Virus record (IMG/VR): IMGVR_UViG_3300040856_003829
Span: 1 to 64,000 of that record
Origin: a virus
Length of the DNA stretch: 64,000 nt
Direction: 5' to 3' (one strand)
Position numbers and translations under genes: made by a program. Each line of letters starts with the position of its first letter. Within the stretch, counting starts at the first letter, position 1. Positions 48,602-58,388 of this stretch are shown in pieces. Below the pieces are notes generated by a model. That model was given only the letters and a program-made list of their open reading frames with translations, searched no databases and was not told the DNA's origin.

Positions 48602-49329
48602 TGGAGACTAATACAAAAATATTAAGTTCATTCAAAGTTAAAGACAAAATGAATGATGAAATCTGGGATCTAAGTAAGAAAACCCCAACGATGCATTCTG
48701 ATGTAAGAAATTCTTTATTAGATATTGCTGAAAATTTCATTTCATTCTTAGGGTTTGATATTTTTGTTCAAGACATTACAATGACAGGGTCTTTAGCAAA
48801 CTATAACTGGTCATCATTTTCAGATATTGATTTACATATAATATTCAATTACAAAGATGCTGGAGAACAGGAAGAAATATTCAAGGATCTTTTTAAGTTG
48901 AAAAAGACTGTATATAATTCAACTCATGATATAACAGTTAAAGGATATGAAGTTGAATTATATGTTCAGGATTCAAACGAACCACATTTTTCTACTGGTG
49001 TATATTCTGTACTGTATAATAGTTGGATCGAGAAACCTGAAAGAGAATCAGTAAAAATTCAATATGAAAAAATCTTAGAAAAATCACAATTGTGGATGGA
49101 TAAAATTGACAACTTAATTGAAAATTATGAAGATAATGATTTAGATCAAGTTTTGAAATCAATTGATAATCTAAAAACAAAATTAAAAGATTTTAGAGGT
49201 TCTGGTTTAGAGGATGGTGGTGAATATTCTTATGAAAATCTCACGTTTAAGTTTTTAAGAAGAAATGGATATATTGATAAATTATTCGATTTTAGTAATC
49301 AAATAACCGATAAATCACTTTCTTTGTGA
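48598..49329 (+). CDS. Pol-beta-superfamily nucleotidyltransferase
   Basis: TGSLANYNWS..SDIDLH and VELYVQD motifs. Confidence 0.75.
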   Translation: MMETNTKILSSFKVKDKMNDEIWDLSKKTPTMHSDVRNSLLDIAENFISFLGFDIFVQDITMTGSLANYNWSSFSDIDLHIIFNYKDAGEQEEIFKDLFKLKKTVYNSTHDITVKGYEVELYVQDSNEPHFSTGVYSVLYNSWIEKPERESVKIQYEKILEKSQLWMDKIDNLIENYEDNDLDQVLKSIDNLKTKLKDFRGSGLEDGGEYSYENLTFKFLRRNGYIDKLFDFSNQITDKSLSL

Positions 49330-49370
49330 TAATTACATAAAAACTACATATTTATTAATAAAATAATATA

Positions 49371-49553
49371 ATGACCGCTTATACCGCATGTACAGTTGTT
49401 AACGAAGCAAAAGTTCCTCCAATTACTGGTGGGACACGTCAGGATGTTGAACATGCTATTTTTAGAACCTGGGTCTATGACAATGACTCATCGGGCGATA
49501 CAAGATCACAATGTGCAACAGTTCGACTAGGACCAGACGGATTACAAAATTAA
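49371..49553 (+). CDS. Small hypothetical protein
   Basis: 60-aa ORF after ATATTTAT (49348-55). Confidence 0.55.
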   Translation: MTAYTACTVVNEAKVPPITGGTRQDVEHAIFRTWVYDNDSSGDTRSQCATVRLGPDGLQN

Positions 49554-49571
49554 AATAAAAAAATTTAGAAA

Positions 49572-50747
49572 ATGTCAGATTTAAGACCTTTAGGAAGTGA
49601 AAAATTAACTGGTGATGATAAGATTCAAAGAATCCTAGAAATTGCTAATTTCAAAAAAAACGATGTAAAAAATAAAAATATAACTGAATCTGTAGTTACT
49701 CTAGCCGATGGTAAAACTTACGGTATCGAAAAAGAAAAGGGAGGTTATATTGTAAAGGTACAGATAGATGAATCTAGTGATTTTGAATATCGTACTAATA
49801 TAAAAAATAGAAGATACCATAAATCATTTTCTCAGGCTCTGAAAGAAATGAATTTGTTAGCAAAAGAGTTGAACAGACTAAACGAGAACAGTGAAAATAT
49901 TGACTTATTTGTTGAACAGAAGAAATTTGTTCTCAAAACTCCAAAACCAGAAGTAAGTGATGAACCAGCAATGGATGAACCAATGGACGATGGTGGTGAT
50001 GATCTAAGTCTAGATTTAGATATGACATCTGATGAAGGTGACACAGAATTAGATATGGACTTAGATGATGAAGATACTATGGGTGATTTAGATTTGGATT
50101 TAGATACTGAAACAACTCCAGCTGGTGAAGAAGGTGATGAGGAAGCGAGTTTTAAATCAGTACAAAAATTAGTCGGTAAATTAGGACAAAAGGTTAGATC
50201 ATTAGAAAGTCAACAAGGTCTAACTTCAGAGGAAATTAAATACGTTTTAAATTCAGTTATTTCAGCGGTTAATTTAGAGACTCTAACTGAGGAAGATAAA
50301 GATGACATTTTGGAAAACTTCGAAGAGGAAGTTGAATATGATGATTTAGAAGGTGATATTGATATCGATTCTACTGGTGATGAATTAGATCTTGATTTGG
50401 ATCTTGACGCAGGTGGTGACGAAGGTGAAATGGGAGAACCATTAGAAATGGTCATGGATGAAATTTTTTCAGAATCAAAGGCTGAAGAAGTAATATCTAA
50501 GTATTACGACAAAGAAGTTGACGAAGAAATCAAAAATAAATCTTACTTGAAGGAGACAATCGAAAAAGTAAAATTGAAAAAAGAAATCAATAGACTTTCT
50601 ACCTCTGTAGAACAACAGGTAGTTTCGGAGTCAATTGTAAATGAAAACAAGAATATTAAATTAGTTGGAAGAACAAATTTAAAAAATTTAGTTTTCGAAA
50701 CAGAGGATAAAAAGTTTAAAATAAGTCCATCGGGTGAATTATTATGA
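49572..50747 (+). CDS. Acidic putative prohead-core protein
   Basis: DLDLD low-complexity tracts, multiple (L/I)xE sites, upstream of the head genes. Confidence 0.65.
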   Translation: MSDLRPLGSEKLTGDDKIQRILEIANFKKNDVKNKNITESVVTLADGKTYGIEKEKGGYIVKVQIDESSDFEYRTNIKNRRYHKSFSQALKEMNLLAKELNRLNENSENIDLFVEQKKFVLKTPKPEVSDEPAMDEPMDDGGDDLSLDLDMTSDEGDTELDMDLDDEDTMGDLDLDLDTETTPAGEEGDEEASFKSVQKLVGKLGQKVRSLESQQGLTSEEIKYVLNSVISAVNLETLTEEDKDDILENFEEEVEYDDLEGDIDIDSTGDELDLDLDLDAGGDEGEMGEPLEMVMDEIFSESKAEEVISKYYDKEVDEEIKNKSYLKETIEKVKLKKEINRLSTSVEQQVVSESIVNENKNIKLVGRTNLKNLVFETEDKKFKISPSGELL

Positions 50748-51151
50748 AACTTGTATATGTAAATGAATTAGGACCTAACTATAGGGGTGATAATGTTTAT
50801 GAATTTATCTTTTCTGATAAAGAAAACGTTTGGGGAGAAGGATGGGATGAAAGTCCCGCAATGTCAAAACCAGAACCACCTAATTTAGAATTTATATCAC
50901 TTGTTAAAATTTTGAAAAATTCAGGTCTTGAACTAAATCTAATTCAAGACTCTGATTTTTTCTCTTTTTATGACTCAATTGATGGAGTCATTGCACTTGC
51001 TTGGGAAAACGAGGATTCTCATTATGTAGTTAATAAAAAATTTGATAGATTAGTATTTTCTTATGGTGAAACAGTACAAAGTATTGAAGATAAGATTTAT
51101 GAAAGAGATCTAATCTTGATGGATGATAAAATTTTGATTGGAAATGAATAA
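50744..51151 (+). CDS. Hypothetical protein
   Basis: ATGA-coupled ORF. Confidence 0.7.
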   Translation: MKLVYVNELGPNYRGDNVYEFIFSDKENVWGEGWDESPAMSKPEPPNLEFISLVKILKNSGLELNLIQDSDFFSFYDSIDGVIALAWENEDSHYVVNKKFDRLVFSYGETVQSIEDKIYERDLILMDDKILIGNE

Positions 51152-52001
51152 AAATAGAAAAATATTGAAATTGGTAAGTGAGGGATTTAAGTATAACACA
51201 CTTAAAGAAATGACTAATAGTGACATTCATCAATTATATAATAAAATTATCGGTGAATCCACAACCACTACAGTTCAAAAGACCACGTATTCAAAACAAG
51301 ACGTACAGTCAATGAAAAATAAAAATGCCGGTATAAAAGTTGATGATGGTACTGTAGTTCCAAATGACGATGGTTCAGTGACAGTGACCACACAAGAAGG
51401 TGAAATGGGAGAATCAGATATCAACACAATTAACCCGTATGACGGTCAACAAACTCAGGACCCTAAACAAGTAGGTCCAAGTACGGATGACGGTATGGAT
51501 AATTATCAAGATGGGATGATTGATGAGGAAGAAGATAATCCATATGCTATCTGCACATCTTCTTTAGGGTTAGTTGGTAGAAAAAGAGATTCCTATTCTA
51601 AAGAAGAATCTAAGAAGTTTGAAAGATGTGTTTTAGATGTTAAAAAAGAAAGTATTAGGAAATTAGAAGAATCTTTAGTATCTTTAATTTTAGAAACTGA
51701 AGGTATGATTACAAAAAAAGATTTGATCGAACAAGAAGTTGCACCTACAAGGGTTAAGCCTGGTACAAAAGAAAAACCCAAAAGAGGTACACCTTATAAA
51801 CCAAAACATTCACCCAAACCAAAAGCGGGAAACACTGAGACTGCACCTACAAGAGTAAAACCAGGAACAAAAGAAAAACCAAAAAGAGGTACTCCTTACA
51901 AACCAAAACATTCACCGAAGCCTAAGGCCGAGGATCAATCAATTCCAGATTTTTTCAAATTCGATAATATCAATATTACATTTAAAGATGAGCAAGATTA
52001 A
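51138..52001 (+). CDS. Hypothetical protein with a duplicated basic Pro/Lys motif
   Basis: Two identical copies of APTRVKPGTKEKPKRGTPYKPKHSPKPKA. Confidence 0.75.
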   Translation: MEMNKNRKILKLVSEGFKYNTLKEMTNSDIHQLYNKIIGESTTTTVQKTTYSKQDVQSMKNKNAGIKVDDGTVVPNDDGSVTVTTQEGEMGESDINTINPYDGQQTQDPKQVGPSTDDGMDNYQDGMIDEEEDNPYAICTSSLGLVGRKRDSYSKEESKKFERCVLDVKKESIRKLEESLVSLILETEGMITKKDLIEQEVAPTRVKPGTKEKPKRGTPYKPKHSPKPKAGNTETAPTRVKPGTKEKPKRGTPYKPKHSPKPKAEDQSIPDFFKFDNINITFKDEQD

Positions 52002-53259
52002 AGAACAAATACAATATGACGGTCCAGAAAGAATGGATCAAGATATCGAAAGAAAGATTTCAAGTGGTGATACACCTCTGTCAGACAATCCAGCTTTTCC
52101 AGGAAAAGAAGAGGATGAGTTTGATAATAGTTTTGCGGAACTTGTAGCTTCTAAGAGATTTAAAGATGTTGTTGAAAAGGTTAAACAATATACTGGAATG
52201 CAAGAAGTTGCGGGTCAAAATGCTTTCATGCAATTACAGATGATGTTGATGAATGCCGTAAGACGTGTAAAGGAATTAGAATCAAATAATGAGGGTTTTT
52301 TAGAACAATTAGCTGTCGATCTCGTAAAAAAAGAAATGTCTTTACCGGACGATGCTTTTCAATATGACGTAGAATTAATGTCGATGCCAGGCGGTATTGA
52401 CACTTCAAAAATGCAAGGACAACCTGAAGAATTTGAAGATGAGGAAATTCAGGATGTATTCGGTATTGAAAGTAATGAAGCCGAAGATGACCTTGAAAAC
52501 TTTATGGCAGCATTTGAGAAATTTGATCTTGAGAAGGCTAAAAGGAGATTCATAAACTCATTGATTCAAGGAGCATCAAAAAAGGGTCACTATATGTTCA
52601 ATCTCGTTAGTGAAGAAATAAATAATATCAATCCAGAACTTCTAAATCTATATGGTGTACTAATGTCTATTAATGATCTTCTATATTGGATTATGCCAGA
52701 CCAAATGACTATGTCAGCCGCTGAGGGTGGTGAAGGAGTACAGGGTTCCGAAGAAATTGATGAAACTACTGATCCACCTACGATCAGAGCTAAAGGTCTC
52801 TTTTTTCCAGTCCTTATTCATGAATTGATTAAAGGAGTTTACGAAGTTTTAGGAACTCAAGGTTTACCTGATGATCCTAGAGCTGCGGAAATGGTTATGG
52901 GTGCTGAAGATACATTACCATATGAAGTTTGGGATTTAAGACTTGGACCAGTCATTTGGGAAAAGTTCACTGAGTCCTATCCAGATAAACTTTTCGAAGA
53001 TGATATGAGAGAAATTCAAAACTATCTATTCTCAAGATTTTCATCTTTGACTACCGATGAATTCTTCGAGGTTGCTAGAATGATACTTTCAGGATCTGAA
53101 GAGGGTAAGAAAATTGTATCTAACATGGTTGATGAAATCATAGACGAATTAAAAGGATATGATTATGAGGATGCAATGAGTCAATACTCAGATGATGACG
53201 ACGATGATGAAGGAGGATTAGAAGATTTCTTAGGTGATTTAGGAATCTCTCTTACATAA
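51988..53259 (+). CDS. Conserved-looking hypothetical protein directly upstream of terminase
   Basis: 423 aa, acidic; FPVLIHELIKG motif; TAATG-coupled to terL. Confidence 0.75.
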   Translation: MSKIKEQIQYDGPERMDQDIERKISSGDTPLSDNPAFPGKEEDEFDNSFAELVASKRFKDVVEKVKQYTGMQEVAGQNAFMQLQMMLMNAVRRVKELESNNEGFLEQLAVDLVKKEMSLPDDAFQYDVELMSMPGGIDTSKMQGQPEEFEDEEIQDVFGIESNEAEDDLENFMAAFEKFDLEKAKRRFINSLIQGASKKGHYMFNLVSEEINNINPELLNLYGVLMSINDLLYWIMPDQMTMSAAEGGEGVQGSEEIDETTDPPTIRAKGLFFPVLIHELIKGVYEVLGTQGLPDDPRAAEMVMGAEDTLPYEVWDLRLGPVIWEKFTESYPDKLFEDDMREIQNYLFSRFSSLTTDEFFEVARMILSGSEEGKKIVSNMVDEIIDELKGYDYEDAMSQYSDDDDDDEGGLEDFLGDLGISLT

Positions 53260-55028
53260 TGGGTCTGACAAAGGAAAAAGTTTTACTAGAATACGCTAAG
53301 TGTGTCAGAGATACTGACTATGCTATGAGTACTTATCTACAAACATATGATAATACTCAAAAGGGATACGTACCTTTAAAATTATTTCCTGATCAAAAAA
53401 AATTGATAGAAGATTTTGAAAAACATGAAGAAAATATTGCTCTGAAATATAGACAAGCAGGTGTATCCACAGTCACATCGGCTTGGGTATCCAAGAAAAT
53501 TGTATTTGCTTCCAAAAGTAGACCAGAAAAAATTCTGATAATCGCAAATAAATTAGATACTGCGGTTGAGATGGCCAATAAAATCAGAGGGTTTGTTGAT
53601 CAATGGCCAGATTGGTTAGGTATTAATTTCTCTAACGAAAAAAATTCACAGAGACATTTTAAACTAAGTAACGGTTGTGAAGTTAAGGCGGTTGCAACAT
53701 CAAAGGACGCACTTAGGGGATATACACCTACCACACTAATTTTTGATGAGGCGGCTTATATTGAAGCTGATGATGATTTTTGGGCAGCTTGTATGGCTTC
53801 CCTCTCAACAGGGGGTAAAGTGATTGTAATTTCAACACCTAATGGGTTTGACCCCATATATTATCAGATATATGATCAGTCATTGAAGGGTATGAATGAT
53901 TTCCAAGTCACCGAAATGTTTTGGTATCGGGATCCAAGATACACTTCTGACTTAAAGTTGGTTCAAACTAAAGATATAGTTCATTATTTGTTGAATAGAG
54001 AAGACTATAATGACAGTGAAATAACAATAGATTATTCACACATAAATCCCAGAGAAAGAGACTTTGATGAGATCAAATCACATTTTGAAAAAGGATATAA
54101 ACCATTGTCCTCTTGGTTCGAAGCTATGGCTAAAAAACTCAAGTTTGACAGACGAAAAATTTCTCAAGAACTTGAATGTAATTTTCTTGGATCTGGTGAT
54201 AATGTTATTCCCTCTGAAACTGTTGAATATCTAAAAGACAATTGTATAAGGGAACCTGAAAATAAATTTATGGGTGGTGCTCTTTGGCAATGGAAAGAAC
54301 CGGTCATAGGTCACAAATACATTATGGGTATAGATGTTTCTCGAGGTGATAGTGAAGATTTTACGACATTTTGTATCATAGATTTCGATGAAAGGGAACA
54401 AGTTTTAGAATACTTAGGTAAGATACCACCAGATGTCGCAGCTGAAGTCGCTTACAAATGGGCAACAATGTATTCCGCATTTGTTGTTATCGATATTACT
54501 GGAGGTATGGGAGTTTCTACTTCACGTAAATTACAAGAACTAGGTTACAAAGACTTATACGTAGAGGGAAAAGATGTATTCAACAAATGGAAATATGATC
54601 CGAAAGTTAACGAAAAAATACCAGGTCTAAATTTCAACTCAAAAAGAGTACAAATAATTTCGTCATTTGAGGAGTGTTTGAGACATAAGTTTACTGTAAG
54701 ATCAATCAGACTTTTGAATGAACTTAACACTTTTGTATATATAAATGGTAGACCAGACCATATGAAGGGACAACATGATGATTTGATAATGGCTATGGCA
54801 ATGGCAATTTACGTCGGTGAAAATTCATTTACACAACTTAATAAATTGACCGAACAAACTAAAGCAATGGTTGACAGTTGGTCGTTACAAGAAAGTGACC
54901 AAAGTCAAAAAGTTGCAGATTTTAATCCATCAATACCAAACTACTATAGAAGTGAGGGTCACCAAAGAGATGCTTTGAAGAAAGATTATAGAGAATATTC
55001 TTGGCTTTTTGGTAGAGGTTCTATTTAA
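53259..55028 (+). CDS. Terminase large subunit (T4 gp17-like)
   Basis: KYRQAGVST P-loop, LIFDEAA Walker B, ISTPNG, QELEC.F, GIDVSRG and HDDLIMA motifs. Confidence 0.93.
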   Translation: MGLTKEKVLLEYAKCVRDTDYAMSTYLQTYDNTQKGYVPLKLFPDQKKLIEDFEKHEENIALKYRQAGVSTVTSAWVSKKIVFASKSRPEKILIIANKLDTAVEMANKIRGFVDQWPDWLGINFSNEKNSQRHFKLSNGCEVKAVATSKDALRGYTPTTLIFDEAAYIEADDDFWAACMASLSTGGKVIVISTPNGFDPIYYQIYDQSLKGMNDFQVTEMFWYRDPRYTSDLKLVQTKDIVHYLLNREDYNDSEITIDYSHINPRERDFDEIKSHFEKGYKPLSSWFEAMAKKLKFDRRKISQELECNFLGSGDNVIPSETVEYLKDNCIREPENKFMGGALWQWKEPVIGHKYIMGIDVSRGDSEDFTTFCIIDFDEREQVLEYLGKIPPDVAAEVAYKWATMYSAFVVIDITGGMGVSTSRKLQELGYKDLYVEGKDVFNKWKYDPKVNEKIPGLNFNSKRVQIISSFEECLRHKFTVRSIRLLNELNTFVYINGRPDHMKGQHDDLIMAMAMAIYVGENSFTQLNKLTEQTKAMVDSWSLQESDQSQKVADFNPSIPNYYRSEGHQRDALKKDYREYSWLFGRGSI

Positions 55029-55058
55029 GTAATAGTATATTTCTTTATATTTATCAGT

Positions 55059-56909
55059 ATGGCAGATAACAATTATACAATTTGGCAAAGACTAACAAAG
55101 GTTTTTGGACCTGATTCAACCTTGGATCAGCAACCACCAGTTTTCAAATTTGATAAACAAGAATTATTAAAGACGACTAACAAGAGTGAGTATGAGAAGG
55201 AAAAACTACAAGCACAACAAACTTACTATTTAGGTCAACAGTGGCAAAAAATTGAAAATAATTTATACACACAAGCCGTCTATTATGAACCTACTAGGTT
55301 AGCATCTTTTTATGATTATGAATCTATGGAGTATACTCCTGAAATATCTGCCGCATTAGACATATACGCCGAAGAATCTACAACACCTAATGAAGATGGA
55401 TTTATTTTACAGATATATTCTGAAAGTAAAAGAATAAAGTCTATACTCGCTGATTTGTTCAATAACAAATTGGATATTAATACGAATCTTCAAATGTGGA
55501 CTAGAAACACATGTAAGTATGGAGATAACTTTGTATTTTTAAAACTTGACCCAGAAAAAGGTGTAATGGGAGGACAACAATTACCTAACATTGAAATACA
55601 AAGATTAGAGAGAGGTATGAAACTACGTCCTGAAAGAAACACTACCGATACTGAAAATGATTCGTTAAAGTTTCTTTGGCAAGTTAAGGACATGAGTTTT
55701 AACACATGGGAAATTGCTCACTTCAGATTATTAGGTGACGATAGAAAGTTACCCTATGGTACTTCCATGTTAGAAAAAGCTAGAAGGATTTGGAAACAAT
55801 TAATCTTGTCTGAAGATGCGATGTTAATTTACAGAACATCTAGGGCACCAGAAAGAAGAGTCTTTAAAGTTTTCGTGGGAAATATGGACGATAAGGATGT
55901 TGAACCATATATCCAAAGAGTTGCGAATAAATTCAAGAGAGATCAAGTTGCAGATCCTCAAAATGGTAATGTTGATTTGAGATACAATCAGATGGCTGTC
56001 GATCAAGATTATTTCATACCTGTCAGGGACCCTAACGCACCTAATCCAATCGATACTTTACCAGGAGCACAAAACTTATCTGAAATAGCGGATATTGAGT
56101 ACATCCAAAAAAAGTTATTGACAGCACTAAGGGTTCCTAAAGCATTCCTAGGTTTTGAAGAAGTGGTGGGTGACGGTAAAACTTTAGCTTTACAAGATAT
56201 CAGGTTTGCAAGAACAATTAATAAAATACAAAAGTCTATGATAGCAGAATTGAATAAAATTGCTATTATTCACCTTTACATATTAGGATTTGAAGATGAA
56301 CTAACAAACTTTACTCTTTCACTGACTAACCCATCAACTCAAGCAGACCTACTCAAAGTAGAAAATTGGCAATCTAAAATTCAACTATATAGAGATGCGG
56401 TCTCTGATCCTGGTAATGGAATCCAAGCAGTATCCAGCTCATGGGCTAAGAAACATATTCTTGGTCTTTCAGATGACGAAATTAAGTTGGATATACAACA
56501 ACAAAGAATTGAAAAAGCCGTAGCTGCTGAATTAGAAAAAACACCTGAAGTTATTTCTAAGACTGGATTGTTCGCCAACATTGACAAACTTTACGGTAAT
56601 AAGGTTGATCAAGATACGGGTGAACAAGAAGGTGAGGTTTCAGAACCATCTGATTCTGGATTTGGAGATTTGGGTGGAGGACCTCCTCCTGATTTAGGTG
56701 GAGATTTAGGTGGAGACTTAGGTGGTGATTTAGGAGGTGATGAAGGTGGTGGTACTGAAGAAACACCCATAGAATCATTTGTAAAAAATAAGGATCTTGA
56801 TTTAATTTTAGAGGATTCATTACTAAATGGTAAAGATTCTATTGATCTATCTAAAGGTCGTGAAGACTTGAAAGAAATCGAAGAAAAACTCAATAAACTT
56901 TTATTGTAA
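55059..56909 (+). CDS. Portal protein (T4 gp20-like)
   Basis: EDAMLIYR.SRAPERRVF, DYFIP.R, IDTLPG.QNL.EI.DIEY and AL.VP motifs. Confidence 0.95.
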   Translation: MADNNYTIWQRLTKVFGPDSTLDQQPPVFKFDKQELLKTTNKSEYEKEKLQAQQTYYLGQQWQKIENNLYTQAVYYEPTRLASFYDYESMEYTPEISAALDIYAEESTTPNEDGFILQIYSESKRIKSILADLFNNKLDINTNLQMWTRNTCKYGDNFVFLKLDPEKGVMGGQQLPNIEIQRLERGMKLRPERNTTDTENDSLKFLWQVKDMSFNTWEIAHFRLLGDDRKLPYGTSMLEKARRIWKQLILSEDAMLIYRTSRAPERRVFKVFVGNMDDKDVEPYIQRVANKFKRDQVADPQNGNVDLRYNQMAVDQDYFIPVRDPNAPNPIDTLPGAQNLSEIADIEYIQKKLLTALRVPKAFLGFEEVVGDGKTLALQDIRFARTINKIQKSMIAELNKIAIIHLYILGFEDELTNFTLSLTNPSTQADLLKVENWQSKIQLYRDAVSDPGNGIQAVSSSWAKKHILGLSDDEIKLDIQQQRIEKAVAAELEKTPEVISKTGLFANIDKLYGNKVDQDTGEQEGEVSEPSDSGFGDLGGGPPPDLGGDLGGDLGGDLGGDEGGGTEETPIESFVKNKDLDLILEDSLLNGKDSIDLSKGREDLKEIEEKLNKLLL

Positions 56910-56923
56910 TATTTATAAATAAA

Positions 56924-57649
56924 ATGGCTATGAAAACTTTTGGACAACTCAAGACATATATCGAAAATTCATTGACGGAATCATATGGTACTAATGAATT
57001 TAAAACAAACATGAAATTTTTCAAAGATAACGTATTATCTGACAAACAAATTTGTGAAGCTTACAGTATTTACGATAACCTAAGTGAATCACAAGAATTA
57101 GATCAAACAGTATCAGGAGAATATTTGGAAGAAAGTTTAACCATTTTAGAGAATATTCTGATAAGTAACAAAGATAAGATCGGTAAACTCTCTGAAGGTT
57201 TGAAATTGGATGTTAATAATTATATTGATATTGATAATCTAGTTTACCATAAAACATCCGATAAAATTCTAGAAAGAATTGAATCAAAAAATAAGATTAA
57301 ATCTTTATTACAAGAAAGTAAGGTCGACATACCAACTTCTAAAATAGATTTACCTCTTTCTTCAATGAAAGTCATTGCCGCAAAAACATTCGATAGAAAT
57401 TTTTCGAACTTGAGTGAGTCAGATCTAAATCAGGTAAAAAAATATTTATCGATGAGTAATGATGAATTAAAGGTAGAGTATGAAAATGAAAAGACTAAAA
57501 TTTTCGAAAGTCTTAATTTACAACTAAATGAATCATCTAGTGACCAAGAATTGAAAACAAAAGTTGATAAGACAATCGAGAAAATTAATTCTAATGAAGT
57601 AAACTTATTTTCTTTATTTCAATTGAAACAGTTATCAGAAAATCTGTGA
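56924..57649 (+). CDS. Hypothetical head-module protein
   Basis: Helical ORF after ATATTTAT (56909-16). Confidence 0.7.
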   Translation: MAMKTFGQLKTYIENSLTESYGTNEFKTNMKFFKDNVLSDKQICEAYSIYDNLSESQELDQTVSGEYLEESLTILENILISNKDKIGKLSEGLKLDVNNYIDIDNLVYHKTSDKILERIESKNKIKSLLQESKVDIPTSKIDLPLSSMKVIAAKTFDRNFSNLSESDLNQVKKYLSMSNDELKVEYENEKTKIFESLNLQLNESSSDQELKTKVDKTIEKINSNEVNLFSLFQLKQLSENL

Positions 57650-57823
57650 TTTTTTGTGTAAGTAAATCGCCTTCTTTTTAGATTTTCTTTTTTTAACACT
57701 TTTTTTCTCAAAAAACATATTAGAACGAATCTTTTCATTCTGTTTAACTTTTTGAACTTTGTTCTTGTAAATTTTCAGAGCCCTCTCTATCCCATCTTTT
57801 TTATTTACTTTGACTATTAGCAT
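57635..57823 (-). CDS. rpsU: Ribosomal protein bS21
   Basis: MLIVKV...IERALK.YK.K......IR...FFEKKSVKKR...KAIY; very basic 62 aa. Confidence 0.88.
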   Translation of the reverse strand: MLIVKVNKKDGIERALKIYKNKVQKVKQNEKIRSNMFFEKKSVKKRKSKKKAIYLHKKSQIF

Positions 57824-57908
57824 GTTATATAAATAGTTTCTTTTGACAAATGTACAAATATAACTTATATTTTTAATTATAAAAATAAACTATTATTATG
57901 TTTAAAAT

Positions 57909-58355
57909 ATGAAAAAAGGAAAAACCAGTCGGTTGAATTTTTTACAAAATGCGACATGTTTTTTTGGTACAGTTGACGCTAAAAAATTAAAATCATTATA
58001 TATCGTTTTACAATGCTGGATCGAACCAACAGATCATTACGAGAATTGGGAAAGAATCGTAGGTAATTTGGAGAGAAAAATAAAACATACAGTCTTGGAG
58101 TCTATGGATTTAATAACATTCAAAAAATATAATATCATAGATCTAGACATCAGAAGTAGTGGTATAAAAGAAGGTAAGAGAAGTTTTGCGAATCTTGAAA
58201 TTACACTATTTCTAAATGAAGAAAACGAAAATTTCAAATCCTTAATATTAAGAAATAAAATAAAAAATATTATAGGTCAGATTTATAAAGAAGATCTTAT
58301 GAAATCAAAATATTTCAAAATACATAAGTCTAAATCAATCAAAGTTTCATCTTAA
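57909..58355 (+). CDS. Hypothetical protein
   Basis: MKKGKT..., IDLDIRSSGI..GKRSF motifs; divergent from bS21. Confidence 0.7.
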   Translation: MKKGKTSRLNFLQNATCFFGTVDAKKLKSLYIVLQCWIEPTDHYENWERIVGNLERKIKHTVLESMDLITFKKYNIIDLDIRSSGIKEGKRSFANLEITLFLNEENENFKSLILRNKIKNIIGQIYKEDLMKSKYFKIHKSKSIKVSS

Positions 58356-58388
58356 ATCAAATTCAAACTATTTATAAATAAATTTGAT

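Noticed and set aside
49832-50455. Ser-rich antisense ORFs (also 1696-3902, 39829-42384, 56381-56947, 59570-59903, 61856-62547)
   Set aside because: Shadow frames opposite acidic or repetitive genuine genes; no start context or recognisable motifs.
53440-53475. Terminase P-loop KYRQAGVST lacking the GK(S/T) lysine as a sign of inactivation
   Set aside because: A shifted-lysine KxRQxGxST P-loop is a known terminase variant and all other ATPase and nuclease motifs are intact.
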